Of a stretch of DNA of 64,000 bases, positions 1 to 9,456 are shown piece by piece. The translations under genes and the position numbers were made by a program. Below the pieces are notes generated by a model. It was not told where the DNA came from. It saw only the letters and a program-made list of their open reading frames with translations, and made no database searches. Positions within the stretch are counted from its first letter, which is position 1. The number at the start of each line of letters is the position of its first letter. This stretch comes from an uncultured Planctomycetales bacterium (lineage in GTDB: Bacteria; Planctomycetota; Phycisphaerae; SM23-33), in assembly GCA_965602635.1 (NCBI GenBank), contig CBFCZU010000001.1, positions 3,522 to 67,521 on the forward strand, in the 5' to 3' direction.

Positions 1-2
1 GG

Positions 3-135
3 GCCGACGGGCGGGAAGTGGCCACCATCGATGCTCCCCAGTGCAAGCGCCGCTCGATCATCCTCGACCGCAACAGCCTCAAGCTCTTCCGGCGTTCGCT
101 GTCCGAGGGGAACTTCCACGCCGCCTGGCGATGAA
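3..135 (+). CDS. 3' end (last 44 codons) of an upstream gene; product unknown
   Basis: Frame 3 is open from the window edge to TGA at 133-135 (…ADGREVATIDAPQCKRRSIILDRNSLKLFRRSLSEGNFHAAWR*); a sigma70-like promoter follows immediately. No family recognised. Confidence 0.3.
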
Positions 136-145
136 GGGGGTCGTT

Positions 146-175
146 TGACAGACCGCGCCCGCCGGGCCTACTATC
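146..175 (+). promoter_or_regulatory. sigma70-like promoter: TTGACA (146-151), 18-nt spacer, TACTAT (170-175)
   Basis: Seen directly: gtcgTTGACAgaccgcgcccgccgggccTACTATcttgcc, upstream of the DedA-family gene. Confidence 0.4.
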
Positions 176-336
176 TTGCCCCGAGCGTTTCGTGAGCAGC
201 CTGATTCAGGGAGCCAGCCATCAGCGAGTCGGCCTCGGACGCCGCGGCGATCACCTGCCGGCAGTGCCGGACGGACAACGCGCCTGGGGACCAGCGCTGC
301 GCACAGTGCGGGGCCGCCCTCGCCCCGCGCGGCCCC

Positions 337-972
337 GTGCCCTGGTGGCACATTCATCGCAGGCTCTACGACTGGACGCTGGCGTGGGCGTATCGCCCGT
401 CGTCTTCGGTGGCGCTGGTGGTGCTGAGCTTCCTGGAGAGCATCATCTTCCCCGTCCCGCCCGACGTGCTGCTGATACCGCTGACGCTGGGCAACCGCCG
501 CAAGTGGGCCAGGTACGCCGGCCTGTGCAGCGCCGCCAGCGCGGCCGGCGCGGTGGCGGCGTTCCTCATCGGCTGGCTCGCGTGGTGGGCCGTCGAGGGC
601 TGGGCATACCAATACCTCGGCTGGAGCGGGCTGACCGAGAAGAACTTCAACGACGTCTCGAAGCTGTTCGAGAAGTGGAACTTCGTGATCGTCTTCGCCG
701 CCGGCTTCACGCCGCTGCCCTTCAAGGTGTTCAACATCTTCGCCGGCGTCTTCGGCACCGGACCGGCCGTCGCCAACCCGGTGATGTTCTTCGTCTGGTT
801 CGTCGTGGCGGCGACCGCCAGCCGGGCGGCGCGGTTCTTCATCGTCACCGGCCTGATGCGGGCCTACGGGGCAAGGATCACGCCACTCATCGAGAAGTAC
901 TTCAACTGGCTGACGCTGGTCTTCGCCGTCCTGCTCGTCGGCGGCTTCGTCGTCGCGAAGTACGTGCTGTGA
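337..972 (+). CDS. DedA/YqaA (VTT/SNARE-associated) family membrane protein
   Basis: 211 aa with several TM helices; the motif run …FLESIIFPVPPDVLLIPLTL…FVIVFAAGFTPLPFKVFNIFAGV… matches the DedA/YqaA signature. ATG at 337. The same frame is open upstream to 205 and encodes a 4-Cys segment (see findings). Confidence 0.75.
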   Translation: MPWWHIHRRLYDWTLAWAYRPSSSVALVVLSFLESIIFPVPPDVLLIPLTLGNRRKWARYAGLCSAASAAGAVAAFLIGWLAWWAVEGWAYQYLGWSGLTEKNFNDVSKLFEKWNFVIVFAAGFTPLPFKVFNIFAGVFGTGPAVANPVMFFVWFVVAATASRAARFFIVTGLMRAYGARITPLIEKYFNWLTLVFAVLLVGGFVVAKYVL

Positions 973-1009
973 CGGGGCAATGCCGAACGTCCAGTGCCCC
1001 GGCCCCCGG

Positions 1010-1438
1010 TCAGCGGAGCTTCTTGAATTCCTGCCAACTGTCGCGGTCCGAGTGCGTCCCGCCGAAAATGACCAGGGGCGGCCGGCCGGCGCTCTCGACG
1101 AAGTACCATGACGCAGGCACCGCGACCCACCCCTCCTGGTCACTGTAGCCCTCATGTGTCAGCACTTTGTCCAGCTTGATATCTGCCCCGTCGAGCGTCC
1201 AGGTCCCGCCTTGCTGGAGGGGCTCGGAATTGCCCGCCAACTTGACGACCTGATGGAACTTGCCGTCGGTGCGGATCTCGATGGTGATGGTAGTCTTGCC
1301 GTGATCCGCCGTGTACTGCCACGTGCCGACTGCGTCGGCGGCGGCAACCTTCTTCTTCGTCGGTGTCGGCAGGAAGGCATGCCCGCATCCGCTGAGGATG
1401 AGGGCGAATAGGACTATCGGGAAAGAAGTTCTCATCAT
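1010..1438 (-). CDS. small lipoprotein, unknown function
   Basis: 142 aa; N-terminus MMRTSFPIVLFALILSGCGH has a lipobox (LSGC); no recognisable domain. Confidence 0.55.
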   Translation of the reverse strand: MMRTSFPIVLFALILSGCGHAFLPTPTKKKVAAADAVGTWQYTADHGKTTITIEIRTDGKFHQVVKLAGNSEPLQQGGTWTLDGADIKLDKVLTHEGYSDQEGWVAVPASWYFVESAGRPPLVIFGGTHSDRDSWQEFKKLR

Positions 1439-1472
1439 GCCGCCCCGCTGACGGCCAGGCCTGCCGCCCCGG

Positions 1473-3245
1473 TCAGCGCTGGTTGTTGTTGCCCTCGTCG
1501 CCCTCGTCGTCCTCGTCTTCGCCGCCGGGCTGCTGCGAGGGGTAGGGCACGCGGGCGTGGTACACGCCGCAGAGGCTCTTGACCAGCGACGACTCGATGC
1601 CGTGCACCTGCTTGAGCGTCATCTCGCAGTCGTCGAGCTGCCCATCGGTGAGGCGCTTGGTGACGATGGCATGGACCTGGTTCTCGATCCTCCCGGCGGT
1701 CGGCTCGGGCATGGCGCGGACGCTGGACTCCGCCGCATCGGCCAGCATGAGAATGGCCGCCTCCTTCAGCCGGGGCTTCGGGCCCGAGTAGCGGAACTCG
1801 ACCTCGTCGGGTGCGCTCTCGCCGTTGCTCTTGCGCTGGCGGGTGGCGGCGTGGTAGAAATACTCCACCAGCGTCGTGCCGTGGTGGGTGGCGATGAACT
1901 CGTGCAGAACTCGCGGCAGGGAGTACTCCTTCGCCATCTCCAGCCCGTCCTTTACGTGCCCCTTGATCAGCAGCAGGCTCATGGCCGGCGAGAGCTTGTC
2001 GTGCTTGGACGGCGAGCCCGACTGGTTCTCCACGAAGTAGGCTGGCTTGAGGATCTTCCCGATGTCGTGGTAGTAGGCCCCGACCCTGGCGAGCAGCCCG
2101 CGGGCGCCGACGGACTCGGCGGCGGCCTCGCACATCGTGCCCAGCAGCAGCGAGTGGCTGTAGGTGCCCGGCGCCTCCAGGGCCAGGCGCTTGAGCAGGG
2201 GGCGGTTGGCGTCGCACCATTCCAGCAGCGTCATGGAGGTGACGATGCGGAAGATCTTCTCGGTCACCGGGAGGATCCCCTGGGCGATGAACCCACCGGC
2301 GACGGCGGCGGCTGCGGCGAAGCCTCCGTCAACGAGGGTGAACCGCGCGGGCACGCCCGAGGCCATCTGCACCATCCACACCGCGACCAGCACCACGCCG
2401 GCCGCCACGCCGCCGGTCTCGATGAGCTTGCTGCGGGTGCGGACGTCCCGGAGCTGGAAGACGGTCGCCGCCGCCGTGGACCACAGCACCAGCATCTCGC
2501 CCAGCGACGCCCGCATCTGAAGCGCAGTGAGCACCACCAGGGCACCCGCCACGGCGAAGGCGAATCGCTGGTCGTAGGCGATCGTCAGTATGGCCGAGGC
2601 CATGAATATCCCGAATACCGCCAGGTAGCGGTTAAGCTCGCCCGTGCCGACCGCAACCTTGTTCAACAGCAGCACCCCCGCCAGCAGGGCCGTCATGGCG
2701 AAGCCGCGCCAGAAGTTCTCCATCACCCGAGGCTGGTACTTGCGGACGTAGAGCCCCAGGAGCACGACCACTCCGCCGACCATTCCCGCCCGCCCCAGCA
2801 GCAGCAGCCACCTCCGCCAGGGCCGCCTGGTCCACTGGTCGGCGAGGTAGGCCTCGTGCTCGCGGTCGAGAAGCTCAAGCTCGGAGGTCTTCAGTCCGGT
2901 TCGGATGGTCCTGCGCGCCAGCAGCGTGCCTTCCTCGACGGTCCTCGCCCCGCGGGCGGCGGCGGGGGCGCTGTCGGGGGCCTGCCTGGCGCCCGCGTCG
3001 GGCAGTGGCATGCTGAAGCGGACACGGGCGTAAGCGTCGTGGTCGAGGTATCCCCCGCGCCTGTGGGCCGGCGGATCGAGGGGCATCGCGTCGAGGAACA
3101 GCGCGGCCGAGAACAGCAGCACGGCCAGCAGAGACGAGCCCACCCCGCCGGCCTCGCGGAAGCGGGGCCACCAGCCCGGGACGGCGGGCTTGGCCCTGCG
3201 GACCTCCAGCCGACGCTGCGGAAGCTTTTTCTTAAACGGCCACAT
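1473..3245 (-). CDS. 7TM receptor with intracellular HD-domain phosphohydrolase (YqfF/7TMR-HD family)
   Basis: 590 aa; N-terminal TM/extracellular region, a central 7-TM block, and a C-terminal HD domain (…YYHDIGKILKPAYFVENQ… HHGTTLVEYFYHAA…). It follows phoH, the arrangement seen in phoH/yqfF/ybeY clusters. Confidence 0.8.
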   Translation of the reverse strand: MWPFKKKLPQRRLEVRRAKPAVPGWWPRFREAGGVGSSLLAVLLFSAALFLDAMPLDPPAHRRGGYLDHDAYARVRFSMPLPDAGARQAPDSAPAAARGARTVEEGTLLARRTIRTGLKTSELELLDREHEAYLADQWTRRPWRRWLLLLGRAGMVGGVVVLLGLYVRKYQPRVMENFWRGFAMTALLAGVLLLNKVAVGTGELNRYLAVFGIFMASAILTIAYDQRFAFAVAGALVVLTALQMRASLGEMLVLWSTAAATVFQLRDVRTRSKLIETGGVAAGVVLVAVWMVQMASGVPARFTLVDGGFAAAAAVAGGFIAQGILPVTEKIFRIVTSMTLLEWCDANRPLLKRLALEAPGTYSHSLLLGTMCEAAAESVGARGLLARVGAYYHDIGKILKPAYFVENQSGSPSKHDKLSPAMSLLLIKGHVKDGLEMAKEYSLPRVLHEFIATHHGTTLVEYFYHAATRQRKSNGESAPDEVEFRYSGPKPRLKEAAILMLADAAESSVRAMPEPTAGRIENQVHAIVTKRLTDGQLDDCEMTLKQVHGIESSLVKSLCGVYHARVPYPSQQPGGEDEDDEGDEGNNNQR

Positions 3246-3287
3246 GCCCTTTAGAGTCCGTAGTCAGCAGCCGGCCAGCCGCCCCGG

Positions 3288-4241
3288 CTACTGACCCGCG
3301 CTGTCCTGTTGCCGGTCTTTGCCGTAAGCGTCCACGATGTTCTGCACCAGGCGGTGGCGGACAATGTCCTGGCGCTCGAGCCGGATGAACATGAGCCCCT
3401 TCACGCCCGCCAGTAGCCGCTGGGCCTCCACCAGCCCGCTGGGGGTCTCGTCCGGCAGGTCGATCTGCGAATCGTCTCCGGTGACTATCATTTTTGACCC
3501 GTGCCCCATGCGGGTCAAGAACATCAGCATCTGGGCGGAGGTGGAGTTCTGGGCCTCGTCCAGAATGATGATCGAGTCGTTCAGCGTCCGCCCGCGCATG
3601 AACGCCAGCGGGATGACCTCGATGACGTCGTTGTCCATGAGCCGGCGGCTCTGCTCGAACTCCATCATGTCGTGCAGGGCGTCGAAGAGGGGGCGGAGGT
3701 ACGGGTTGACCTTGGCCTGCATGTCGCCGGGCAGGAAGCCGAGCTTCTCGCCGGCCTCGACCGCCGGGCGGGCCAGGACCATCCGCCGGGCCGTGCCCGC
3801 CTTGAGCATGTTCACGGCGATGGCCACCGCCAGGTAGGTCTTGCCCGTCCCCGCCGGGCCCATGCAGAAGACCATGTCGTGTTTGCGCATGGCCTCGATG
3901 TATCGCCTCTGGCCCGGCGAGCGGGGGCGGATTACCTCGGCGGCATAGACGTCGATTGCATCCACGCCGTCGGACGCCTGATCCTCGGCGGACGCCGAGG
4001 CCATGGCGTCGGCGATCGCCTTCGGCGTGACGGGCTCGTCGTGGCGAATCCTCCGCTGCAGCGCCGCCAGCACGGCCGCCGCCCGAGAGACGTTCTTCGC
4101 CGCCCCGGTGATCTTCACCGCGTTGCCGCGGGCGAACATCTGGACGTTCAGCACCTCGCGGATGGTCCGCAGGTTCGCGTCCGCCGGGCCGAACAGCGCC
4201 GACCGACGCTCAGGATGCTCCAGCGTGACAGTCAGCTCCAA
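3288..4241 (-). CDS. phoH: PhoH-like ATPase (PhoH/YbeZ)
   Basis: 317 aa; Walker A GPAGTGKTYLAVAIA, DEAQN box, and the PhoH C-terminal motif …MIVTGDDSQIDLP…. Confidence 0.9.
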   Translation of the reverse strand: MELTVTLEHPERRSALFGPADANLRTIREVLNVQMFARGNAVKITGAAKNVSRAAAVLAALQRRIRHDEPVTPKAIADAMASASAEDQASDGVDAIDVYAAEVIRPRSPGQRRYIEAMRKHDMVFCMGPAGTGKTYLAVAIAVNMLKAGTARRMVLARPAVEAGEKLGFLPGDMQAKVNPYLRPLFDALHDMMEFEQSRRLMDNDVIEVIPLAFMRGRTLNDSIIILDEAQNSTSAQMLMFLTRMGHGSKMIVTGDDSQIDLPDETPSGLVEAQRLLAGVKGLMFIRLERQDIVRHRLVQNIVDAYGKDRQQDSAGQ

Positions 4242-4280
4242 GCCTGCTACCTCCCATCTCCGGGCCGCTTCGGTGGCGGC

Positions 4281-5174
4281 TCATCGCAGCCACGCCAGCA
4301 GCACCAGCGCCACCGGCGCCGCCAGCAGTGGCGAGTCGATGACGTCGAGCACGCCGCCGAATCCGGGCACGGCCTGCCCGGCGTCCTTTGTGCCGGCGTC
4401 GCGCTTCAGGGCCGACTCGCACATGTCGGCCGCCTGGCCGAACAACCCCACCACGACGGCGAACGCCGCCACGGACGCCAGGGACATCCCGGCGATGTCG
4501 TGCGGGGCCAGCAGCGGCTCGATCGCGGCCACAAAGACAACGGCAGCCCCGGCCGCCAGCGCCAGACCGCCGACCAGGCCTTCCCAGCTCTTGCCCGGGC
4601 TAAGCGAGGGCGCGATCTTGTGCCTGCCGATGGCCGTGCCCGTGAAGTACGCCCCGATGTCGGCGAACTTGACCGACACCAGGAACAGGATCAGGGTGGC
4701 GACGCCGAAGATCATTCGTATCTCGAGCACCACGGCCGAGCATATTCCAAGATAGCAGATGCCCCCCAGCGTGGCGCCGATTCTTCGGATGGCGTCGGCG
4801 GCGCGGTAGCCGGAGACCTGGGCGGCGAAGACGCCCATGACGACCACGGCCATAACCGCCAGCAGCTCGGTGCCGGCGGTGTCGGTCATCTGCCGCCAGA
4901 ACGGCCAGGTGCCCACCATCATTGCCCCGAGCGTTCCTACCAGCTTCGGGACGGCGATACCCACGGCCGCGGCCATGCGGGCGTACTCCAGGTACCCCGC
5001 GGCGATCAGCAGCAGCATCAGGCACGTCAGGGGCAGTGCCCGCAGTGGACCTGCCTGCCCGCCGGGTCCGACGGCGAGCCGAGGCCAGCCCAGCCGCTCC
5101 AGATGCCAGTCCAGCCAGCCCAGGCCGCCGACGAAGGCTATCAGAATGGCTCCGACCAGGATTCGCTTGAGCAT
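4281..5174 (-). CDS. cdsA: phosphatidate cytidylyltransferase
   Basis: CdsA signatures …SPGKSWEG… and …GFGGVLDVIDS…; multi-TM. Start chosen at MLKRILVGAIL (ATG at 5174) rather than the ORF-track start at 5330, which adds an Arg-rich GC-artefact extension. Confidence 0.85.
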   Translation of the reverse strand: MLKRILVGAILIAFVGGLGWLDWHLERLGWPRLAVGPGGQAGPLRALPLTCLMLLLIAAGYLEYARMAAAVGIAVPKLVGTLGAMMVGTWPFWRQMTDTAGTELLAVMAVVVMGVFAAQVSGYRAADAIRRIGATLGGICYLGICSAVVLEIRMIFGVATLILFLVSVKFADIGAYFTGTAIGRHKIAPSLSPGKSWEGLVGGLALAAGAAVVFVAAIEPLLAPHDIAGMSLASVAAFAVVVGLFGQAADMCESALKRDAGTKDAGQAVPGFGGVLDVIDSPLLAAPVALVLLAWLR

Positions 5175-5236
5175 GGTTGCACCATTACAAGCTCTGGGCG
5201 GGGCAAATGGAAGTCCCGTCCGCCCCTGCGGGCCTG

Positions 5237-7435
5237 TCAGTCGTCCATCGGCTCTTCTTCCAGGCCGGCGACGGGCACGCCGTGGGCGGCGGCGTAGGAG
5301 TGGATGATCTCGCCCAGGGCCTGGCGCCACTGGGGCAGCTCGATGCTCTGCTCGGGTGCGATCATATAACTCATGTCGGCCCGGCGGTCGGCGAAGTGGT
5401 CCTTCACGTCGTCCATGACGTGGATGAACTCGCGCCCGCCGGCCGGGGCGTTGCGGGGATAGCAGCTCTTCTCCCAGACCGTCACCAGCCTCCGGTAGGT
5501 GATCTGGAGGTCGTCGACGATCCGCCCGACGGCGGCGTGGGCGTCGAGCATGATCCCGACGGCCTGGGCCGGCTGGCCATCAACGTTAGCGGCGGCGGCG
5601 CGGGTGAGGGTCCGCTCCGCCCCGGCCAGGGCCAGCAGCATCCGCAGGTGGTGGCGCTGGAAGTACGCCAGGGCGAGGAATACCTCCAGGTTGAACCGGT
5701 TGCGGCTGGCGCGGGGCAGGTTGGCCTGAAGCCGGGCGAGGAGGCGGTCGTTGGCGGCGAGCAGGCCCGGCGCCTCGGCCAGAAGGTTCTCGTATCGCGA
5801 GCTGAACGAGGCCGTGAACGCCAGGTCAGGCAGATTCGGCAGCGCCGGTGGCAGCAGCGTCATGTCGGACCGCCCGACGGGGCGCTTGCCGCCCGAGTAG
5901 CCGTAGCCCGGCCCGCGGACCTTCGACGGGCGGCTGTCCCAGGAGGATTGGAAGAACCTCCCCCCGGCCTGGAGGTCGCGATAGACCTCGACCATGTCGG
6001 TCACCTGCCGCCCGTAGTACAGGTCCATGAACTCCGCGACGGTCTGCTCGACGGCGGCCGCTCCGGGCGTCCATCCGCCGGCGGCCATGACCGCCCAGCC
6101 GAGCCAGAATGTCTCGTTGTGCAGACCCGAGTCGTCCCAGGCCGTCACGTAGTTGCCGATGAGCTGCCCGTCGTCGTCCTTGGTCATGGCGCAGACATCC
6201 ACGGCATCGTTCAGCCGGCCCCTGCTGAGCCGCCCGCCGGCGCTCGCGTGGTCGAAGTAGGACGGGAAGGGCATCTCCATGCCCTGGATCGGGCAGTAGG
6301 CGAACTGCCGGATGCCGTGGGCGGCCTCGGCCTGCATGTGAGCGGGGCTCTTGCCGGGGGACGCGATGCCGTCGAGGACGTCCGGCGGCAGCAGCTTGAC
6401 GTGCTCGGCCAGAAGGGGGTACTCCAGCCAGATTAACACCCGCCGCCCGCGCTTCGAGAGGAACTCGTGGGCGGCGTTGACGAAGTCCACCCACGTCAGC
6501 GAGCGGTTCTCCGGGTTGTAGGGGCGGCGGAACTTCTCGCAGATGCCCGCGTAGTACACCTCGTCGGTGGAGACGTGGAAATACTCCACCCCGGGCGTCG
6601 CCTCGCAGGCGTCCTCGTACATGTCGAAGATGAGCTTCCGCGCCTCTGGCTCGTCCATGCATATCTGGTAGTTGCTCTCGTCGCAGCGGAGGTGGGCGAA
6701 CTCCTCATGCTTGAGGACGTAGCCCAGGTGGGCCGGGGCCTGGACGTTGGGGATGATCTGGATGTGCCGCTCCAGGCCGTAGCGCGTCAGCTCCTGCATC
6801 TGCTCGGTCGTGAAGGCCTGCGGGGTGCCGATGACCGGGTGCGAGGGGTACTCGAACTTGTCCTCCAGCTCGAAAGCGATGGCGTTGGCCTTGAACCGGG
6901 CGGTCCAGTCGAGGTATCGCTTGAGGGTCTCGACGCGGTCCTGGTGGTGCTTGGTGTCCCAGTGGATGACGCGGAGCTGACATGATGGCCAGTCGCGGAT
7001 GACGCCCACCGGCAGCAGGCCGGGTTGGCGCCCGTCGCCCGCCAGCAACTGCGCGAGCGTCTGGACGCCGTAGAAGAGCCCCGCCGGGGCGTTGCCGACG
7101 ACCTCCACGGCCTGGGGCGAGATTCTCAGCAGGTACGCCTGTTCGTCGCGCGGATCGCCGGTGTTGGTCTCGACCGCCCCGGGGCGGACGGCCAGGACGA
7201 TCGTCTTGCCGCCGCCGGCCTTGCCGGATTCCAGCTCCGGGCCGATCTCGCAGGCCAGCGCCGACCGCAGCGTTCGGACGGCGATGTCGTCTCCGTCCAC
7301 CTTCTCCAGCGCAAGCTTCCATTCGGCGTCGAGGCGGGCCGAGCCGTCTTCCAGCTCCACCTGCCGGGGGGTCGGCAGCACCGCGTAGCCGCGGGCCCGC
7401 AGCTCGGTGACCACGCCTGTCTTGTCCGTGTCCAT
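5237..7435 (-). CDS. glycoside hydrolase, GH20-like (beta-N-acetylhexosaminidase-like) TIM-barrel enzyme
   Basis: ~732 aa; N-terminal alpha/beta domain followed by a barrel carrying …RVIHWDTKHHQDR…NAIAFELEDKFEY… and …YFHVSTDEVYY…, which resemble GH20 catalytic motifs. GGAGG RBS upstream of ATG 7435. Family assignment is tentative. Confidence 0.5.
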   Translation of the reverse strand: MDTDKTGVVTELRARGYAVLPTPRQVELEDGSARLDAEWKLALEKVDGDDIAVRTLRSALACEIGPELESGKAGGGKTIVLAVRPGAVETNTGDPRDEQAYLLRISPQAVEVVGNAPAGLFYGVQTLAQLLAGDGRQPGLLPVGVIRDWPSCQLRVIHWDTKHHQDRVETLKRYLDWTARFKANAIAFELEDKFEYPSHPVIGTPQAFTTEQMQELTRYGLERHIQIIPNVQAPAHLGYVLKHEEFAHLRCDESNYQICMDEPEARKLIFDMYEDACEATPGVEYFHVSTDEVYYAGICEKFRRPYNPENRSLTWVDFVNAAHEFLSKRGRRVLIWLEYPLLAEHVKLLPPDVLDGIASPGKSPAHMQAEAAHGIRQFAYCPIQGMEMPFPSYFDHASAGGRLSRGRLNDAVDVCAMTKDDDGQLIGNYVTAWDDSGLHNETFWLGWAVMAAGGWTPGAAAVEQTVAEFMDLYYGRQVTDMVEVYRDLQAGGRFFQSSWDSRPSKVRGPGYGYSGGKRPVGRSDMTLLPPALPNLPDLAFTASFSSRYENLLAEAPGLLAANDRLLARLQANLPRASRNRFNLEVFLALAYFQRHHLRMLLALAGAERTLTRAAAANVDGQPAQAVGIMLDAHAAVGRIVDDLQITYRRLVTVWEKSCYPRNAPAGGREFIHVMDDVKDHFADRRADMSYMIAPEQSIELPQWRQALGEIIHSYAAAHGVPVAGLEEEPMDD

Positions 7436-7549
7436 GAATGTCCTCCTCTGGCCAGGGAGCCCCAACTACAGCGCCGTGGCCCCGCCCGCAACCTTCTTGT
7501 CGTGGAATGACGCCCCCCGGGCGCAAACAGCTCCGGTCACGGCCTGTGC

Positions 7550-9259
7550 CTATCCCCCGTTCGACGCGGCCAGATCGCGGCGGCGGAGGATCTCCGCCGA
7601 CAGCGCGCGGTTGACGGCGCGGAGCACGAGCATGCCCGCCAGCCGGGTCTTGTCGTCGGCCCGGACCACGGGGAGGAACTCCAACTGCTGGCTGCGCATC
7701 AGCGCTATCGCGTCGGCCAGGGAAGTGTCCTCGGCGACGGTGTCGGGCACCGGCTGCATCAGGTCGGCTGCCACCAGCCAGTTGCCCATCTCCTGGAAGC
7801 GGAAGCTCTGCTTGAATTCGTGAATTGTGATCACGCCGGTGAGCTGCCCGTCGGCGTTGCTGACGGGGAAGGCGTTGGCGTCCGAGTCGGCGATAGTGGC
7901 GAGAATCTCCACCAGCGTGGTGCCCTCCTTGAAGCTGGGCGAGCTGCTGTCCATGACGTCGGCGGTGCGGTACGAGGCGATCAGATCCTCCTCGGTGACG
8001 TTCAGGCCCACTTCGCCCGCCTTCTTGACGGCGAGCTTGACGAACGGCGGGCCCACGATCTCCACCACGAAGGTCGTCACGGCGATGATGAGCATGATGG
8101 CGCTGCCGATCTCCATCCCGGCACGCTCGTCGGCGCCGGCGAAGCCGGCGCTGGCGATCAGCCCCAGCCCGACCGCAACGCCGCCCTGGCAGAACAGGCA
8201 CATCCCCAGATACCTGCGCATCACCACGGACGCGCCGGCCAAGCGCGCCCCGAGGTAAGCGCCCCCGACCTTGGCGAAGATTCGCCCCAGGCAGTATGGC
8301 AGGGCCAGCAGCCACAGCCGGTAGTCCATCCCGCCGAAGCTCAACTGCGCCCCGACCACCACGAAGAACAGCACGTAGATGGGGGCGGCGAAACGCTCAA
8401 CCAACTGGAACGCCTCCTGGCTCCGCCGCGGGGCGAGGTTCACCAGCGCCGCCCCCAGCACCATCGACGCCAGGATCAGGTTGAGCGTCAGCGCCATGGC
8501 GCCGCCCAGGACTATCGCGAGCATGCCGATGGTGAAGGTCATTGACCGTCCCTGGTCCTGCACGCGGCGGAGGACGAAGTTCAGCAGGAAAGCCGCCGCG
8601 GCGCCCAGCACCGCCGCCCCGGCCAGCTCGTACGTCACCAGGCCCAGCATTGTGAGGATCCCCCCCGAGGCCGTGCCTATCAGGCGGGAGGCGATGCTGA
8701 AGGCCAGCGCGAACAGGATAAGCGCCAGTCCGTCGTCGAGCGCCACGATGGCGTAAACCGCCCTGGTCAGCGGCCCCCGGGTCTTGTACTCCCACAACAC
8801 GTTCACCGTCGCCGCCGGCGCGGTGGCCGAGGATATCGCCCCCAACACCAGCCCCAAAGCGACCGAGACGGTCATATCGCGCGTCAGCATGAACGCCACG
8901 CCCCAGACGAGAAGGGCGACAACCACGAACGCCCCGATCCCCTGTGAGAGGAGGATAATCAGGAACTGACGGCCTTGTTCCCGCAGCGCCTTGGCGCGAA
9001 GCTCCCGCCCGATGAGGAAGCCGATCACGCCCAGGGCGAAGAAGTTGAACGGCATGAACTTGTCGATCATGGCGTCGTTGATGACGCCGAGGCCCGACTT
9101 GCCCACGAGCACGCCGATGGCGATGTACCCGACCACCTGGGGGATGCGCAGGCGCTGGAAGATCCTCGCCCCGATCGTCCCGGCAAGGATCGCAAAGCCG
9201 ATCACCAGCAGGATCGGCAGGTGTGAGAAGTCCCGGGTTGCAATAATCAGGGTCGCCAT
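7550..9259 (-). CDS. monovalent cation:proton antiporter (CPA/NhaP-Kef type) with C-terminal CBS pair
   Basis: ~12 TM helices, then two CBS-like repeats in the C-terminal ~200 aa. Start set at MATLIIATRDF (9259); the ORF-track start is 9289. Confidence 0.75.
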   Translation of the reverse strand: MATLIIATRDFSHLPILLVIGFAILAGTIGARIFQRLRIPQVVGYIAIGVLVGKSGLGVINDAMIDKFMPFNFFALGVIGFLIGRELRAKALREQGRQFLIILLSQGIGAFVVVALLVWGVAFMLTRDMTVSVALGLVLGAISSATAPAATVNVLWEYKTRGPLTRAVYAIVALDDGLALILFALAFSIASRLIGTASGGILTMLGLVTYELAGAAVLGAAAAFLLNFVLRRVQDQGRSMTFTIGMLAIVLGGAMALTLNLILASMVLGAALVNLAPRRSQEAFQLVERFAAPIYVLFFVVVGAQLSFGGMDYRLWLLALPYCLGRIFAKVGGAYLGARLAGASVVMRRYLGMCLFCQGGVAVGLGLIASAGFAGADERAGMEIGSAIMLIIAVTTFVVEIVGPPFVKLAVKKAGEVGLNVTEEDLIASYRTADVMDSSSPSFKEGTTLVEILATIADSDANAFPVSNADGQLTGVITIHEFKQSFRFQEMGNWLVAADLMQPVPDTVAEDTSLADAIALMRSQQLEFLPVVRADDKTRLAGMLVLRAVNRALSAEILRRRDLAASNGG

Positions 9260-9456
9260 GGCTTCATCTGACTCCGGCCAGACACGCAAAGATGAACATT
9301 GTACCCCGCGCGGAGGCGGCGGGCAATATGCCGCCGGCCCGGCTGGGGCCCCCTCTTGTTTATCGCTTCTGTGTCCCCGTGAAGATAAGATAAACGGCGA
9401 GGCGAAGTGGGCTTTTCGCGGGCGGAGGCATTCGCGCCGGGGGCGGATGGGAAGCT

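Noticed and set aside
79-1155. Long antisense or out-of-frame ORFs throughout the track (for example 79-1155-, 1557-3254+, 3501-5297+, 6705-8315-, 8991-10511+, 9661-10806-, 10236-11891-, 12675-15341-, 16408-18399-, 19523-21319-, 21762-23642-, 21980-24841+, 27400-28821-, 32317-34332-, 35050-36660-, 36239-38209-, 51744-54773+)
   Set aside because: Their translations are low-complexity Arg/Ala/Gly/Pro-rich with no motifs, and they overlap well-supported genes on the other strand or frame. This is the typical open-frame artefact of ~70% GC DNA.
4281-5330. Longer 349-aa version of cdsA, and the other extended ORF-track starts (5237-7465, 7550-9289, 48717-51860, 51861-55274, 60844-61824)
   Set aside because: The extensions are Arg/Pro-rich, lack signal or TM logic, and precede obvious native N-termini (signal peptides or conserved family starts). 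Shorter starts were chosen.
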